Shown here: positions 1 to 14,387 of the stretch, piece by piece
How the letters are laid out: the number at the start of each line of letters is the position of its first letter
Position numbering within the stretch: the first letter of the stretch is position 1
DNA from: Lingula anatina
Taxonomy: Eukaryota; Animalia; Brachiopoda
Assembly: GCA_051362555.1 (NCBI GenBank)
Contig: JBPQGU010000016.1
Location: 6,076,001 to 6,140,000 of the forward strand
Length of the DNA stretch: 64,000 bases
Direction of reading: 5' to 3'
The notes under the pieces: generated by a model
Told to the model about the DNA's origin: nothing
The model's database searches: none
Seen by the model: the letters and a program-made list of their open reading frames with translations, nothing else
Made by a program: the position numbers and the translations under genes

Positions 1-2507
1 AATATGTCTTGTCAAGCTGTGGCGTCACTGTCTTTTTCTTGTGTGAGTTCGAACTCCTGCCAGAATGAGTGGCTAAAACCTCCCTTGGCCAGACTGTGTC
101 CATTGTCAGCATACTGCTTTAGTCACTTAATAATTGAAGAATTTCAGACAAAAGTCTTTTGCACATTGTTCAACTTTACTGTGATAAGTCTTTTGCACAT
201 TGTTCAACTTAACTGTGATGGCCTTCTTAACCTCCGTCTGAGTTGTGTTGAATCATTTGCGGATGTATTTGAAAGATAGACATTGTGAATTTCAATTAAT
301 TGTACATGTCTACAAAAATGCGAAATGATGAAGGAAAAATTTTCTAATGAGATCAATAATAATCATTGCACCAATTCTATTTTGGGCAATTCATAGCCTT
401 TATTAGTTAACTGAATTTTTTTCAAAGACAAGGTATTAAAGATGGATAATTTGTAAAAAAAAATATAAAGAACATGAACATATTTCACAGGACCAAGTCC
501 ACGGGAACAATCGGAAATGAATTTTAAAATGCAGACATTCGCAGTGGAGAAAACTCTACTCTGGTTAAATATGCAATTGGGCCATTACAGAGCTGCCAGG
601 GCCAAAAAAGTCCCAAAAACTATAAGAAAACTCATTTCCGAGGGTAAACAGTAATTCCCTATTCTCACTAGTCTTTGCTTGGCCCTAAATCATCAGTCCA
701 AACCACAAAAAAGCAATCCCCGAGTTAAAATTTATAGCTTTTGTGTAAGCAAAATGGTCAGATTTTCACAATGCACATTTCATTTCCATTATGTATATAG
801 GTTAGCAAAAAATATTTTTAAACAAACTATGGTGTTTACCTCACATTAAGGGTTGAAAAGAAATTAAAGGGAAAGAAAACTTGGCAAATAAACGATCCTG
901 AAGAACGTGTGAGGTAATGAAATTTGCCCTGACAGCCCCTCTAACATGTTAATACATAGTTACTATTAAACTGAACTTTGCTAATTTTCCAGCCCTTACA
1001 TCTCCAAAACTGGCAAAGATACGCCCATGGTTACGACCATAGAACTTGAATAGGAAGTCACATATTAGCAATCTTACTGTGACTTTGAATTTGACCTTTG
1101 ACCTACTTTTTCATCATGAACTGCAGGTTGCACATTTTCTGCCCCTCATATCTTTAAAACTGGTAGAGATATGCCCAGTGTTGCCCCTAGGTTTTCTCTT
1201 TTTATGTACAGACACAGATGTGTCAATTTTGAAGAAACCCCTATTTTGGGCACTGCTCCCATGATGACCACATGGGACTAAAATACAGTTTCAGTAGGCA
1301 ATGCAGTCTGTTTGGTAAATTTTTCTGGCAGTTAAATAGTTTTTTGTGAAAATTTAATTTTTCACATATTGGCATTTTCAAGGTGTGACTTTGAAGTTCC
1401 ATGGTCCTGAAGACCTTTGCTAGTCACATTTTCTGAATATCCATGATACTAATATTTTATTATTAAGAATTGATGGTCATTATGCTGTTAAACATTATGT
1501 AATGTTGCATCAAAATTTAAAGAAACCCCTATTTTGGCCACTGCTCCCATGATGACCATTATGGGAAAACCATGTTACTTATGATTGTCAAACTTTCAAA
1601 AAAGAAACACAGGACTAAAATGCAGCCTGAGTTGGAAAAGCAGTCTAAGTGGCTTCTTTTTCTGGAAGTTATACATTGTAGTGAAATATTCATTAGGATT
1701 CCCCATAGGGGAATACTATTGTTTTTTGTATTATTATTATTATTATTATTATAGTTAGGATTCCCCATAGGGGAATACTATTGTTTTTGGTAGTATTATT
1801 ATTAGGATTCCCCATAGGAGAATACTATTGTTTTTGGTAGTATTATTATAATTCTATATTATATAAGAATAATTATTATTATTCTTTCGACGCGTTTTTT
1901 TTCGCAAAAAATCTGAAATAATTATCATAGGTAGCCATGGGGAGAATATTTCACAGACCCAGTTTCAGTGACCTTGACCTACTTTTCAAGGTCACAGGGG
2001 CTTTAAAAGGCAAAATTGGTAAAATTTGAAATTGCCATTAGGCCTAAAGTATAAGCCATATGGCTAAGGTGCCCTTGACCTACTTTTCAAGGTCACAGGG
2101 GCTTTTAAAGGCAAATTTTGTAAAATTGGAAATTGCCATTAGGCCTAAAGTATAAGCCATATGGCTAAGGGCCTTATGACCAGAGATACTGAGGTGAATC
2201 CACAGATAATGACCTACTTTTATGCAAGTAGGTCAAGGTCAAGGTCGCTAATGGCCAAACGGGCTCAAAAAAGGTTTGTTTCCAAGATCTCAAAAACCGG
2301 AAGGCCCAGAGCCCCAATCAAAGTGGCAAATGATGCCCTATATATTTATCTAAGGTTAGCTGTACTTTGGTAGCGACTGCCTAATTACTTTTTTAAATAT
2401 AGATTTTTAAATATTTATGACATTGCAGAAATCGTGAGTTTGGCAATTTCTCCATGAAACACTGGTTTTTGGTCATAGCATGCTATAGTAAACTACCCCA
2501 AACATAT

Positions 2508-5500
2508 CAGTCTGTCCGCAGATCAGGCATATCAATGCGTAAGCGGTGATCATTACAAAAACACCTACGCGCTTGCACAAAATAGTCTGAGACGTGTGTT
2601 TCGCGCCATGTTTTCCAAAATCCGAAGTTGTTATATAAATCCATGAAGCTCTGTGAATAACTCATTATTCAGCTTGAAACTTTCAAAAAATAATATTTAG
2701 AACTTGATGTAAACGCACAATGTAAAATGAACATTTCAATTTCCACGAAAGCCTTGTATCAGTTGTCTACAAAGAGCACACGCATTTTTCGCAAGCGGAT
2801 CGTGTAATTTTGTACCCTAAAATGAAATGATTGTAGAAAAAATGGACAAACTTACTTTGTTGATATTATAACGATTTATGCAACTATATATGCTAGAATT
2901 GAACCAAAAAGAATGAAAAATTTGTACAACCGTCCTTTTTTGTGAAATCCCTACTTTAGTTCGAAGTATGTAGGTCAGTCGAAACTGGGACTGTCACGTT
3001 GCACTGAGGAAGTGACTCGAAAGCGATTTTCTCGGCAAATCTTGCATTTCGGTTTAAAAAATTGAATGTTCAGCTTCTCAAGTGTATATTTATAGTATAC
3101 AGTGTGTCATTGTCATAGTGACAGTTGTTATGGAAAATAATACGTGAAAAAAACGCCATCGGTGCTGCAGATCGACCATATCGCTGCCATAACATGGTTT
3201 TAGAATGGAAAAAATCTGCCGTTTGCCTTTCAAGTTACATAGCTTTGGGTTTGCAGACTTAAAGGTGAGTCTTTTTTTTTTTGCATTCACTAAGTTTCAT
3301 ATAAGCGCTGAAATGTATAGAAATGATTTTGGAGTAACCTCCCTTCGCATAGTTTAGATGCACTTGTTGACGTTCAGTACCAGTGAAATGTTATATTTTG
3401 TTGCATAGTTATAGTTTTACTTTGTTTACATACAATGTGTAGGCCTACTAGCATACCTTTATCCGTTCTATTTCCTTTACATACATGTATGATTTTATCA
3501 TTATATTATATTTATTTTTAACAGATTCCCGAATTTCATATCAGCTGACAATAAGGGAAGAGGTGTTCTAGTCAAGACCAGGGAAAATTTATTTCCATAC
3601 GATTGTGTGTGATGGTGCTGTTGATGCAGGTGTGACTGAACAAGAGATGGTGTTTTGTAGAGTCTTGGATACTGTTTACCCTAGAAACCTTTCTCATAGC
3701 AGACAAATTCTGGAACAAAACTTTCTTCAAGTATTAAACAGGATGGGCTTTGACCCACAAGACTTCCACTGAGAGTGGCCTGCATTTAAAGAGCACATAG
3801 ATAGGTGGCATGTTTATAGTGAATAAAAGTAAAGATATGTGTATGGATTTGTTTCAAGGCTAGGAGACCAGACAAAGATTAGAATACATACAGTAATGCT
3901 AATTGAAATTGCCTTGTTCACCCTGTCCACTTCACAGGTGGAGAGAGGATACAGTGCTCTCTAAAGAATCAAATCTGACTGGAGGTCAAGTTTGGGGATT
4001 ATTATGCTTAAGTTAACCAAATTTTGACAGCAGTTTTATAGGGGCCAAGTTTTGATAATCATTTAGTCAAGGAATCTATCAACCACTGGGTGGCAGGGTG
4101 ACACTCTGGGAAAACGGCCCAATTTTGAACTTGAAAATTGATTTAGTTTTCTGATTGTCATATCCAGCAGGTAAATGACCTGGCCATTGAAGGTTCTAAG
4201 GAAATAAAAAAAAATTGAAACATACTCTATACTGAAGTTTTCTTTTTTTTTTAATTTTTAATGCATTTTACTTTGTTATGTATTTATTTACAAATTATAT
4301 TCATGAATTTTCAGCCGGGGATGATCTTAATTGTATGTCAGTTTTGGCAAAGGTAACATTCATAACTTGCTGGGGCAGGTGCTTCTCCTGCCTTCAGAAT
4401 AGACAGATCAAGTTGGCCAACGAGTTTATTGGAACCTTGTTATCTGCTTTAATTTTAAAGGCAAAAAGTTTCCAAAAAACTTTTAACAAGGTCAGTGCAT
4501 ATTCATGAGGCTGAATGAACATTTCCCAGGAACAGTGCTTTAAGGACATGAATTTTAAATGTTTACTTAGTTTTGTTTATCACACAGATTTCAATATTTT
4601 GCATTTTTAAAAACAGAAATGTAAATTTTAAATAGATTAGGGATATTTTTTAAAATTATAATTGGAAGGGTCTAATTTTAAATAGTTTAATATGTAAGAG
4701 ACAAAAATAGTACTAGTAAATAGAAATCTTGAGCAGTAAAATAAGAGAACAAGGCAAAAGTGCAGGTCTTAATATAATGATTAAACCGGTGTTGAATGAT
4801 TTTTTATCAAAACCCTTTCAGGCTTTAAAAAGTACAACCTGGTCATAGGCCAGTACTTCTTTGTAAATATTTATTCAATTAAAAAATCTTGTTTTATTTA
4901 TAACTAGATCTAGCAATATCTTTCTGTATTGGTCAAAATTCACACTGGATTTCTTGTGGATTGGATCATAACTATTATACCATTTTTGATGTTTTAAGAA
5001 TGAAGTATATAACTCTTGGAATATTCTGGCGGTATATATATTATATATATTTTTTTTATATATATCATATATATATTTTTTATATAAATAGAATATTTAA
5101 GAGAACTTGTAGTCTTGCTAAGTCGGGCCAGTGCTTCAGGTTGGTCACGTGACGCCATAAATTATGATGAAAATGGGGTTCCATTTTTGTCGTCGTTTTG
5201 GAGATGCTATATTTCCCCACACAAAATGGGTAAAAATTGTAGGAGACATACCTTATGATATATCATTTAAAAGTTTATGATTTCGTCTTTCTGGAGAATA
5301 TTAATGTTTGATAATATTTCGCGTTTCCTGCGATACATAGTCACAGTAACCTACTGCACTTGAAAAAATCGGTTTTGCCAACTTTTACACCGACTTCACG
5401 GGATTATCAACACTTTGCCAACCAGATGGGAGCCGAACGCAACATATATTTTATATCAACACGAAGCCCACTTGTTTAGCTTTTAGAATTTATATAAAAC

Positions 5501-6027
5501 GCTGGTGATATAAACATTATAGCAATTTTGTTATAATTTAAACGCCCCAATGTTATACGCTTCAAAAATGCGAGTGTTTGGCGTCGCATTCACCTCGCGC
5601 TTAAAAAAATGGACAAAGCTGAATTCACAAAATATATATACCGCCAGAAAGCGAGTTTAACCGGCTTTCATGATTTAGTTTTTAAAAATTTGTACAATTT
5701 AAACTTCTTATAGAAATCTTTACATAGAAAATTTCGGACACCTGAAACGGGACACCATTTGCAATCACCCGCGTGGATAAATCTTCCATTTTACCGTTCT
5801 GAATCTATGTTTTATGACAACTAACCTTAAAATAGCGAATCCCTAGATATTCCCGCTTCTTTTTATATATCTATCGTTTAATCACATCAACTGTTGACAA
5901 AAATACACATGAAAATACGAAGAGCTCAAAAGTCGTCCATTTTCACTCGATTTTGCTGAAAGTAGTGCGAAAATGGCCGTCGCTTCAGACAGTGTACACG
6001 TGCAGCTCGAAATCTGCGGACAGACTG
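2508..6027. mobile_element. Non-autonomous TIR DNA transposon with Academ-like ends
   Basis: 16-bp TIR CAGTCTGTCCGCAGAT/ATCTGCGGACAGACTG. 3-bp TSD TAT, deduced from the empty site AAACATATACCC near 6177. Confidence 0.75.
3524..4130 (+). pseudogene. hAT-type (ZNF862-like) transposase relic
   Basis: Fragments IVCDGAVDAGVTEQEMVFCR (first catalytic Asp region) and IEIALFTLSTSQVERGYSAL*RIKSDWRSSLG (hAT dimerization motif), with stops and deletions. Confidence 0.7.
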
Positions 6028-7847
6028 TATACCCAAAACCTCTAAATCAAATGTCAAATTTGACCTTGACCCTCATTTTCAAGGTCATTTGGCTATTTCA
6101 TGGAGAAATATTGAGTTTGGCAATTTCTCCATGAAACACTGGTTTTTGGTCATAGCATGCTATAGTAAACTACCCCAAACATATACCCAAAACCCCCAAA
6201 TCAAATGTCAAATTTGACCTTGACCCTTATTTTCAAGGTCATTTGGCTATTTCATGGAGAAATATTGAAGTGGGCTAAAAGTGATGATTTGTTGACCCCC
6301 CCCCCCAATTCGCACATGCTCTTTCAGAATATGGGGTCAAATTTAACCCGTGACCTTCACATGACCTTGTAAGAGCTTTTCCACACCTTTTTTGCAGGGG
6401 AATCCTCCGCCACTGGCTTTAGCCAGTTGCAGTCTAGTTATTATTACGGGCTCAAAAAAGGTTTGTTTCCGAGATCTCAAAAACCAGAAGGCCCAGAGCC
6501 CCGATCATTGTGGCAAATGATGCCCTATGTATTTATCTAAGGTTAGCCGTACCTTGGTAGCGACTGCCTGATTACTTTTTTTAATATAGATTTTTAAATA
6601 TTTATGACATTGCAGAAATCTTGAGTTTGGCAGTTTCTCCATGAAACACTGGTTTTTGGTCAAAGCATGCTATAGTAAACTACCCCAAACATATACCCAA
6701 AACCCCCAAATCAAATGTCAAATTTGACCTTGACCCTAATTTTCAAGGTCATTCGGCTATATAATGGAGAAATATTGAAGTGGGCTAAAAGTGATGTTTT
6801 GTTGACACCCCCCCCAATTCGCACATGCTCTTTCAGAATATGGGATCAAATTAAACCCATGACCTTCACATGACCTTGTAAGAGCATTTTTTTACACCTA
6901 TTTTGCAGTGGAATCCTCTGCCACTGGCTTAAGCCAGTTGCAGTCTAGTTTTTATTGTGTTGGCATATTCATCGTGGGACTTAGAGCGCTCATGGACATG
7001 AAGCCGAATGGTAATCAAATTTTCTACATGTCCATGCTATTTATAGTCAATAATAAAAAATATGGGTTAAAAAACTAATTTATTATGTAATGTTACATCT
7101 AAATTGAAAAAAATATTTTTGCACTACTACTACAAACATTATGAAAAGAAAACTGTGTTACTTATTATTATTTTTAACTTACAAGTATGATTTTAAGGAT
7201 TGGCATGCAGTTCAAATTAGATAACCAGCTCAATTGGGTTATCATTTATTATTGAATTTATGCAATTTTGTGTGAAATTTTCATTTTTCTCATTCTGGCA
7301 TTTACAAAGTGTGAACTTGAACTCCCATGGGCCTGAAGCCTTATGCTTTTTTAACATTTGACTTACATTGGTATTACCTGTTGTGCATAATTAAAATTTG
7401 ATGTTGAATTTGCAGTTAAGCATAATGTACTTTTGCATCAGAATTGACAGTGGCTTATTTTGTGCATTGTTATTTTCTGCTTTTTGTCTGTACATTTGAC
7501 AGCTTTGCTGCCTTGTTTCAGCATATATGTAACACTGATAACAGATTTCAAGGAAAACCAATAGGCCTATTATCTTGAAAATCACAGGAGTTATCAATGA
7601 TACGATAATACAGATCAGTGTGAAAATCAGGTGGTTGGACCAGTTTTACAGTTATGCTGTTTTTTTTTTTTTTTTTTTCGCTTCTTTTTGTATATTTTGA
7701 GAACTCTTGTTTTTTGCATTTTATAGAGCTTGTCAAGAACAACACTGTTGGTGTCCCTTTTTATGTACAGACATAATACGCAGGCCAAGTTAGAAAATAA
7801 GCATGATTAGGCCATATTTATAAAAGTTATGCTGTTTTTTTCATTTT

Positions 7848-9540
7848 TTTATGTACAGACACAGATGTGTCTGTACATATTGCCATCCCCTGCGTCTGTC
7901 GTCGCCGATGCCGTCGCCGATGCCGTCGCCGATGCCGATGCCGATGCCGGCGCCATGCACTTTCCTTGTAAACACGATAAGTGGACGGCAGTTTTACTTT
8001 TTGGCTTTATATTTACAGAGCTGATGAATATTCATAAAATGCAGGTCAAGTTCGAAAATCAGCATGATCGGGCCATTATTGTAGAAGTTATGCTGTTTTT
8101 TCACTTTTCAGCATATTTTTCACATTTCCTCAGATTCAGTTCTTAGGCATGTTAACAGTCTCATTATTAAACTAATAAGATACGTAAAAGTTTTTGTTTG
8201 ACATTTCCTGCATCTTTACAACATTGTTAGTTGATTTTGTAAGAATGATGGTTAATTTGTTATCGTGTATTGTGTAATAAAGTTTCAAAAATGGAAATAA
8301 ACTCATATCATTGCAGTTTGTCAGATTCAATCATTCACTATGTTCAGAATCTCAGAATGGAAGAAATTGGACATTTAACACTGCTCTATTGATATTTTTC
8401 CCATCTTATCAATTTTCTTAGTTGATCATATAAAAATGGCAGTAAACTGTTAATTTTTTTTTATGTTAAAAATTGTTAAAAATGGAGAAAAAAAACATTT
8501 CAGAACAGTGCTGTCTTGTTTACATTTTGGCATTTTCAAGTTGTGACTTTGAAGTTCCATGGGCCTGAAGACCTTTGCTAGTCACATTTTCTGAATATCC
8601 ATGATACTAATATTTTATTATTAAAAATTGATGGTCATTATGCTGTTAAACATTATTTAATATTGCATCAAAATTTGAAAAAAAAACCTATTTTGGGCAC
8701 TGCTCCCATGATGACCATTTAAGAAAAACCATGTCACTTACTGTTCTCAAACAGTACAGTAAATATATATAGATGTGTCTGTACATATTGCCATCACCTG
8801 CGTCTGTCGTCCCCGTCATCGCCGGCGCCGTGCACTTTCCTTGAAACACGATAAGTGGAAGGCAGCTTTACTTTTTGGCTTTATATTTACAGAGCTGATG
8901 AATATTCATAAAATGCAGGTCAAGTTCGAAAATCAGCATGATCGGGCCATTATTGTAGAAGTTATGCTGTTTTTTCACTTTTCAGCATATATGCAACACT
9001 GTAAACACATTTCAAGGAAAACCGATAGGCCTGTTGTCATGAAACTCACAGGAGTAATCGCTCTTACTAAAACGCAGACCAAATTCGAAAATCGGCATGA
9101 TTGGGCCACTATTTTAGTAGTTATGCTGTTTTTTTCATTTTTCAGCATATATGCAACACTGTAAACACAATGTAAGAAAAACAGATGGGCCAATTGTCAT
9201 GAAAGTCACAGGAGTGGACAGTTTTACTAAAATGCAGGTTGAGTTCGTAAATCAGCATAATCGTGCCATTATTTTAGAAGGTGTGCTGTTTTTTCATATT
9301 TCCTCAGATTCAATTCTTAGGCATGTTAACAGTCTCATTATTAAACTAATAAGATACGTAAAAGTGTTTGTTTGACATTTCCTGTATCTTTACAACATTG
9401 TTAGTTGATTATGTGAAAATGATGGTAAACTTTTTATCGTGTATTGTGTAATAAAGTGTCAAAAATGGAAATAAACTCATATCATTGCAGTTTGTCAGAT
9501 TCAATCATCCACTATGTTCAGAATCTCAGAATGGAGGAAA
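7848..9540 (+). mobile_element. Two tandem partial HINE-A copies
   Basis: 5' hairpin TGTACAGACACAGATGTGTCTGTACA, a (GCCGAT/GCCGTC)n microsatellite and ~159-bp core repeats. The second copy restarts near 8770. Confidence 0.75.
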
Positions 9541-9817
9541 TTGTCCAATGAAATGATCATCAACATTTCTGAAACAATTAACAATATTTCCAACCGGCAC
9601 AGTGACTGCCAAATTATTAATCGTGCCGGGAAAATAAGATCCTGCTGGGTGGAAAATTTCCGGTAAAAAAATGAACATGCCGGCATGTTTCTTTGGCACT
9701 TCAGAGTAGCCCAAATTTATAAAAATTCATATTTTTACCTCATCTCATGGAGGTACATGAAAATTATTGTCTGGAATGACACATTTTAGATGAAAATGCT
9801 TTTATTTGTACATTCAG

Positions 9818-9966
9818 GGAATGTAATGGGCAAACAATAGCAACCATCCATGTCTGTCGTGATCTAGAAGTGGAGAGAAGTGGGGAATTACATGCAATCA
9901 GGCGAGCATTTGAGGAAAGAGGGCTAACAGTAATACTACCAATGGGTGCTCCTCTTGACTGTAAAG
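9818..9966 (+). other. Orphan open exon of unknown origin
   Basis: ttttatttgtacattcAG acceptor and AAG|GTAAGT donor enclose the open frame ECNGQTIATIHVCRDLEVERSGELHAIRRAFEERGLTVILPMGAPLDCK. Confidence 0.3.
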
Positions 9967-10723
9967 GTAAGTTCCAGATGGCTGCCTTTTTCCATATTTT
10001 CCACATGGATAGGTTTTAACTTCATGGGGATATATACTATTGTTCATAATCTAATGGAATTTTTTTTAGTATTCTCCACATCCTCATTACTGCTATGATA
10101 TGTATACAAGTGCATAGCAGTATCTAACCTTGGGGTTTTTTTGAAAAAATCCAAAATGGCCGCAATTAGCATTTTTCTCTAGAATTTATATAGTTTTTTG
10201 TGAAATGTTTATTTTTGACAAATTGGCATTTTCAAAGTGTGACTTCTAACTTCCATAGGCATAAAGACCTTAGCTAGGCACATTTTCTGAACTTCCTTGA
10301 TATAAGTATTATAATATAGTAATATATTATAAAAATTAGTGGTTATTATGCTGTCGAGCATTTTTTAATACATATTGCATCAAAATAGAAGAATACCCTA
10401 ATTTAGGCACTGTTGCCATGATGACCAACAAAGTAAAACCATCAATAGTGGGCCTGATTTGGTTTTTAGGGGGAATTTAGTCCAAAACTGGACTGAAGCG
10501 ATCTTAAAGATTAGGTGAGGACTCTTAATTTGATCTTTAGACTTAAAATGAAGTGAAACTCCAGTGAGTAAGACTATAATTGGTCTGACTTCAACTGAAG
10601 TGGTAAAGCAATTATCTCCCCTCACCCATTCAGTCCACACTTTCCTGAATGACTGACTTTCCAGCTAGCCAGGTGAAGATAGCAATCAAGAAGAGGGCCA
10701 TTGTGAAAGTAGACTGGACTTGA

Positions 10724-11300
10724 ATAGACCTTTTTCATCTTTTCCGGAAATGGAAATTGCATTGTGGGTAGGGGAGCCCTGCTACGTCAAAACACTTACA
10801 GCGGTGCTAAAAACCATGGCTGGGTTTACGTGCTTTTTGTCCCGCTGCTACAATAACAGTAAGCGAGATCGACACATGAGGTTTAATAAGTTCCCAACAA
10901 ACCCGTTAGAATGAAAAATATGGTAGAAAGAAAGGAAAATATAGCAGGTTTGGATCAAAAGCAGGGCACCGCGTTTGCGCTGAACATTTCGGGAAGAAAA
11001 ACTATAATATTAGGAGATCAACGGTGCTTTAATAAAATACAGAAATGCTTAGTTAAACAACGGATATAACGAACTATCGGCAAATAGAACTCGGGGGTAA
11101 ACAATGCGAGAAAAAAAAAACATTATAAAGATCTGAAGAAAAAATTGAAGAATAGGCCGGGGCCTAAAAATAAAGAAAAGACTTCAAGCATGAGATTATG
11201 GAAAAAGAAAGTAAAAGCTGTGAAGTTTTACACGGGGATTCTTCCTACAAAAAATTCAAGAACTTTCACCACTTTTTCTGTAACAACAAAGAGGAGGTTT
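10724..11300 (+). mobile_element. ISL2EU/Harbinger-like THAP transposon remnant (left end)
   Basis: ATAGACCTTTTTC terminus; degenerate THAP MAGFTCFLSRCYNNSKRDRHMRFNKFP..*KIW; VKFYTGI motif near 11220. Shares GCATTGTGGGTA with the element at 25079-27167. Confidence 0.6.
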
Positions 11301-12845
11301 GAAAAGTTTTGTATGTAATATCCTTTTTGTGTGTGTTTTATTGATAAGTGATCATTTTAAATGTAGTAGACCTATCACAGGTTTTAGTCTCTCATAACCC
11401 TTAGCAGGGTGGGTTCTATTTTTTTTATTAAAGTAAGTTTAGTATTAAAGTAAGCCTACGTATATTTAACTGTCTTAGATAGTTGATTGAAAACGATGAA
11501 AATACGCATGAAAACATTTAAAAATCAAATAATTTGGCCTCTTGCTATAATTTTGTTTTTGCCTGACGGTTTTGTTTCAGTTTGACAAAATTTTCATACA
11601 TGTCAGACCGAAAGTCTGACATTTTTTACCTGTCGTAAATTTTGTACATATACTAGAGTAAGACACGGTAAACTTTAATTATCTTCTGGGAAAGACTCGA
11701 GAATTCCTGTCTCACCTATTTAACACTTAAAATTAGGTTTTTAATTACAGAGGAAAGGTCGTAGTTGTGGCCGCCCCCCTTACCGAACAATTGAACAAGT
11801 AACACCTGATGCCTTATCAGGTACCAAACGATTTAATCAGTTCACCGACGAACGATCTGCATGTCAGTACACAGTAGGTACGAGTCAAACAATGCAGGGA
11901 ATCTTTTCATTTTATCACTTCAAAAATCTCTTAAGACATCCTTCAAATAAGACGTAAAAATGGTAAAGAATTGACACTGCCGGTGAATGAGGTGATATCG
12001 CCACAGCTTGCATATATACATGTAATATTGTGAAGACGTAGACCTACGCACCTGTCCACACTCTTGAAAGCTGTGTACAAGTCTACTGGCTATTTTGATT
12101 TTATATATAAAAAAATAACGAGTCTCTTTCGCATATCATTATTATCGGAAGCATTTAAAAGAACTCTGAAGCTTTAGTTTGTCATCACTATTGAAAGTGC
12201 AGCCAATTAAGGCTCGGACGCTTAGGTGAAGTCTAGTTGTACAGCGCATCGTATTTAAACTGAGAAAGAAAACATTTAATTGCTTGATTCTCCGTCCAAA
12301 TACAGTTTTGTGCAGAGAAGATGACATTACGGATACGGATAAACGACCCTAATCTTACGTATCGCACATTTAACATAATTACAGGGTAAACACAATAGGC
12401 CACAATGCTTATCGTAAGTCAGCTGGGTTACGGGAAGTAAGTCGAGTTGGCCTCGTTTGAGGTGATGAGTGACAGCCTTAATTGCCACCTCTCCCTCTAC
12501 TGATGCTGCTGAGCGACAGCGTAAATTGTCATCTCCCAAGTCCCAGCCGCTTATCTGATTATCTGCCCGACTGCACACAATCATTGTTCATCTATATGGG
12601 GTACGCTTTCATGGTATTCGTCCTTTAGATAGTATTTTAGATAGTATTTTCTTTCTTAAGGATGTCTTGGTTCTCAAGGCTCAGTTACAATATAAAATAC
12701 TACTCCTAAAATGGTTTCAATAGACGTTTTTGCTGCGTATATAGCACATAGTTACTTATTTTTTTGCTGTTAATTGTGTTGTAAATTTCAAATTTCCCCT
12801 GTGTTGTTGATTCTGAATGTTGAAAATAAAGGATCCATAACCCTA

Positions 12846-13082
12846 AGCCAAGGTCCCCACTACGTTTTGGACGCACGGTTTTCAGGTTACTAGCGTCCGG
12901 CTAGGACGTAGCGAGATCGCACGTAGCGGCTGTTGATCATGTCGAAAGTTTCTACGCGCTGTTTGCGTCCTCCAAAAGTCGCACTATGGTCGTGCTCCTC
13001 ACGCACGAACTCCCACTTTTTCCCCATTTTTATGGCCGTAGGCCACACGTAGCAGCCCGTACGTTCGGTTGGGACCTAGGCT
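12846..13082. mobile_element. PIF/Harbinger-like MITE
   Basis: Imperfect TIR AGCCAAGGTCCCCAC / GTTGGGACCTAGGCT with TA-containing flanks and a GC-rich core. Confidence 0.6.
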
Positions 13083-13557
13083 TAAGACGGCGTATTTTAC
13101 GTTTTTCCTTGAGTCATATCAATTTCATCTCAAATTATTACATTGAAATGCTCACACTATTATAAATTTTGAACATATAATTGATTGCAGTTTAGCCTGG
13201 CTTTGCCCCAACCTTTTAACCTTTTAACATCATTTTCGATCACGAAGAACAACAGGGACCGGGTAATCTATCCAAACACGTTTTTCTTTTTTCTTTTTTT
13301 TTTACTTTTAATTATAAAGCGGCGCGGAGTATTCAATTGGAGATTAAGACGTCGACAATAATATCCATTGACTCGTACGTCAAATTAAATCTTGTAGAAA
13401 GGGTTTTTAAAAGGTTTTTCTAAGAACATGGAGTCGACAAAAAGTACGGAGCTTAAGCAAGCATTTAAGGAAGATAATCAACGATCATGGTAACTGTGTG
13501 TAATCCACGTGCCCGGGTCCCTTAAGTTCTTATCGGACGCTTCAAAGAATTGCGGAG

Positions 13558-13627
13558 ATGGAGATGATCTTATCGAAAATCTCAATCTACCTGTACTTTG
13601 GAGTTATTAATCTAACTTACGTGGCAG
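13558..13627 (+). CDS. NCAM/Fasciclin-II-like gene, coding exon 1 (signal peptide)
   Basis: MEMILSKISIYLYFGVINLTYVA followed by G|GTAAG. The phase-1 donor matches the phase-1 acceptor of exon 2. Confidence 0.7.
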
Positions 13628-14387
13628 GTAAGCTCTGATAAAACGTGTCACCAAAATCTTTTGTTCGACTTAAAATGTCAAAGAAGTGCCACGTCTTACT
13701 TGTAATTTTGTCATCTTATGTGACATTTTGGCTTTACGGCTTATTTTGATTGTGGTGAAAATTTTTATCATTTTTACCGCAATTCATTTGTCAGAAGTAA
13801 CCTTCATCGATAATTCATCTAGTTGCTGACCTAGCAAATCTGTTTTTATTGCACTTTTCTATTAATTTCTGCCAGCATGGTTATAAAATGTTTCCAAGGA
13901 ATGTGACCGGCTACCATTACCAATAAATATGTTACAAAAATTGTTTTTTGAAATTTGCTTGGTTTGGTGCATGAAAGCTTGCTCTGCCAAATTATACATT
14001 ACCGATACGGGCTGTCACCAGTACCTTCTGTTTTTTTTTTTTTTTTTCGAATTTATATCAGAATGTTCTATCTATCGCAATGAGTGAAATGTCTGGCATA
14101 TATTCATATAGCAAATATTATTTTATGACATTATTCATACAACTTATTCAATACAGATTTAGTTCACGTGTATCTTGATGGAATGCTTTAAGCAAGCAGT
14201 TTTCTAATAACTTTATTTTAAATTAATGGTTTTATATTCCCATCCTTCTGCTGAAACGAGCAGTTTGCTTGTTGTTTCATGAATAAAATAATGAATAAAA
14301 ATCTCTTCTCCATACAATGTTCTTCGTTTGATAATTATCCTTGTTGAACAGTGAACGAAAATAAAGGCAGTCTTAAGAAATATGTTG

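Larger units (their letters stand above)
1693..6949 (+). mobile_element. HINE family B with triplicated 5' end and duplicated 3' end
   Basis: 5' AGGATTCCCCATAGG occurs three times. 3' GGAATCCT + hairpin CACTGGCTT(T)AGCCAGTTG + TCTAGT occurs twice (~6400 and ~6910). Inserted in a T-run with no TSD relative to the empty site at 47341-47380. Confidence 0.7.
1197..7516 (+). mobile_element. Helentron/DINE-like non-autonomous element family A (HINE-A), interrupted by HINE-B
   Basis: 5' TTTATGTACAGACACAGATGTGTC. 3' subTIR TGTCTGTACA + small hairpin GACAGCTTTGCTGCC + TTGTT. The body matches the copies at 32876 and 46729. Confidence 0.7.

Noticed and set aside
7829-9375. Recurrent short ORFs (KHDKW..VKFENQHDRAII) also seen near 33300, 40015 and 63700
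   Set aside because: They are translations of the HINE-A repeat with inconsistent frames between copies.
11846-11869. GACGAACGATCTGCATGTCAGTA resembles antisense large-subunit rRNA
   Set aside because: Only ~23 nt and the flanks do not continue the similarity, so it cannot be supported as rRNA.
13675-13749. Hydrophobic mini-ORF MSKKCHVLLVILSSYVTFWLYGLF as the signal exon
   Set aside because: It ends in a stop with no suitable donor. 13558-13627 has a consensus phase-1 donor.
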